From contig JAGWLG010000025.1 in NCBI GenBank assembly GCA_028864975.1, forward strand, positions 1 to 52,222: DNA of 52,222 nt, in the 5' to 3' direction. Positions within the stretch are counted from its first letter, which is position 1; the number at the start of each line of letters is the position of its first letter. The notes below the pieces were generated by a model. That model saw only the letters and a list, made by a program, of their open reading frames with translations, had not been told where the DNA came from and did not search any database. The stretch comes from Thermoplasmata archaeon. Its GTDB lineage: Archaea; Thermoplasmatota; Thermoplasmata; Lutacidiplasmatales; UBA184. This document shows, piece by piece, positions 51,648 to 52,222 of the stretch. The position numbers were made by a program, and so were the translations under genes.

Positions 51648-52222
51648 CTAAGCAATTGGCGGTGTGATCACAATCCTGTCAACCCCAATGGTCGTGACCA
51701 CCGTCCAGCCGTGGTCGAGGTACGACGCCAGTTCCTCCGTGGTGACAAGTCGTTGTCTCGGCTGGGTAGGGGCCGGCGCCTGCTTCCGTCTTGGGAGCGT
51801 CTGCAGCGTCGGCATGTCGAGGTTGAGGAGGTCCACTTGGGCGAGCTCCTCCTGGGTGTAGCCCGCTCCCATCAGCATGAGCTTGGCCATCTTGGCCTCG
51901 GTCTCGTGCTCGGGTCGGCCCGGGCTGACCGAGAGGTAGGAGTCGCAGCGACGGTACGAGTCTCGCAGGTCCTCGATCCTCTCTGTGCTCATCGGCCGGT
52001 CGAGGTTGTAGTCGAAGTCCACCCCTCGCCCCGCATGGCCCATGAAGAGCTCGCGTCGGGAGCGGCTCACCAGGCCACGAGCCTAGGCCGCCTCCATTTG
52101 CGTCGAGAACCACGCTCGCAGCGTGTGGGTGTGCCAGTGGGTCCCGTCGGGGGCAACCTTGGCCATCGCCCGGCGGATGGTCAGGGCGAGAGACTTGCGG
52201 GCCATCACTCTTTCGCCGTCCT
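51648..52222 (-). pseudogene. Tyrosine recombinase/integrase, C-terminal part, interrupted by an in-frame TAG at 52083-52085
   Basis: Continuous frame ...HWHTHTLRAWFSTQMEAA*ARGLVSRSRRELFMGH...DFDY, i.e. the HxLR, MGH and Tyr catalytic elements. The 5' part lies outside the window. Confidence 0.85.

Larger units (their letters stand above)
47911..52222. mobile_element. Probable degraded integrative element / genomic island (continues beyond window end)
   Basis: Tyrosine integrase remnant, TA-like pair, pRiA4b ORF-3 protein and pseudogenes. Codon choice is visibly more A/T-rich than in the flanking housekeeping genes (not quantified). Left boundary inferred; no att repeat identified. Confidence 0.6.

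Noticed and set aside
52083-52085. Pyrrolysine/amber read-through of the integrase TAG
   Set aside because: TAG is the normal stop of several conserved genes in this window (tfs, asnS, gdhA, proS), and no pyl genes are present here. A nonsense mutation is the simpler explanation.
47917-52210. Several TCACTC hexamers (47917, 48051, 51531, 52205) as att or binding sites
   Set aside because: A 6-mer recurs by chance, and two copies are simply GAG-TGA codon pairs. The flanks do not match.

Overview
High-GC archaeal chromosomal segment. The archaeal-type marker genes are TFS, Rpo7/RpoE', Spt4/RpoE'', S24e, S27ae, type II GAPDH, Alba, archaeal ProRS, a Taw2-like transferase, DUF359 and DUF373. The gene mix (MenG/UbiE methyltransferase, AsnRS, PKD-rich surface proteins) suggests Thermoplasmatota; this is inference and no taxonomy search was run. 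Most of 1-47.9 kb is housekeeping: purD, asnS, aspA/fumC, proS, gdhA, thiL, gap, the rpoE-S24e-S27ae cluster, ABC/MFS transporters and tRNA-Leu(GAG). Three non-housekeeping parts stand out. (1) A divergent pair of membrane-anchored surface proteins (16.5-21.9 kb). One has an SH3b-like + Amidase_6-like (Cys/His) + 4xPKD architecture, making it a candidate archaeal anti-bacterial peptidoglycan hydrolase. The other has a tandemly duplicated 255-aa domain I cannot assign. (2) A tandem STAND/NLR-like pair (23.9-28.1 kb): a full ATPase-WHD-TPR protein preceded by a paralog that lacks the ATPase domain. (3) A decaying integrative element from about 47.9 kb to the window end. It carries a tyrosine integrase with an in-frame TAG, a pRiA4b ORF-3 protein, a Zn-finger/HEAT-like protein, and an AtaT/TacT-like GNAT toxin preceded by an unannotated 55-aa candidate antitoxin with no recognisable DNA-binding domain. 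No CRISPR array or rRNA was seen. All family calls come from motif recognition by eye, not database searches.
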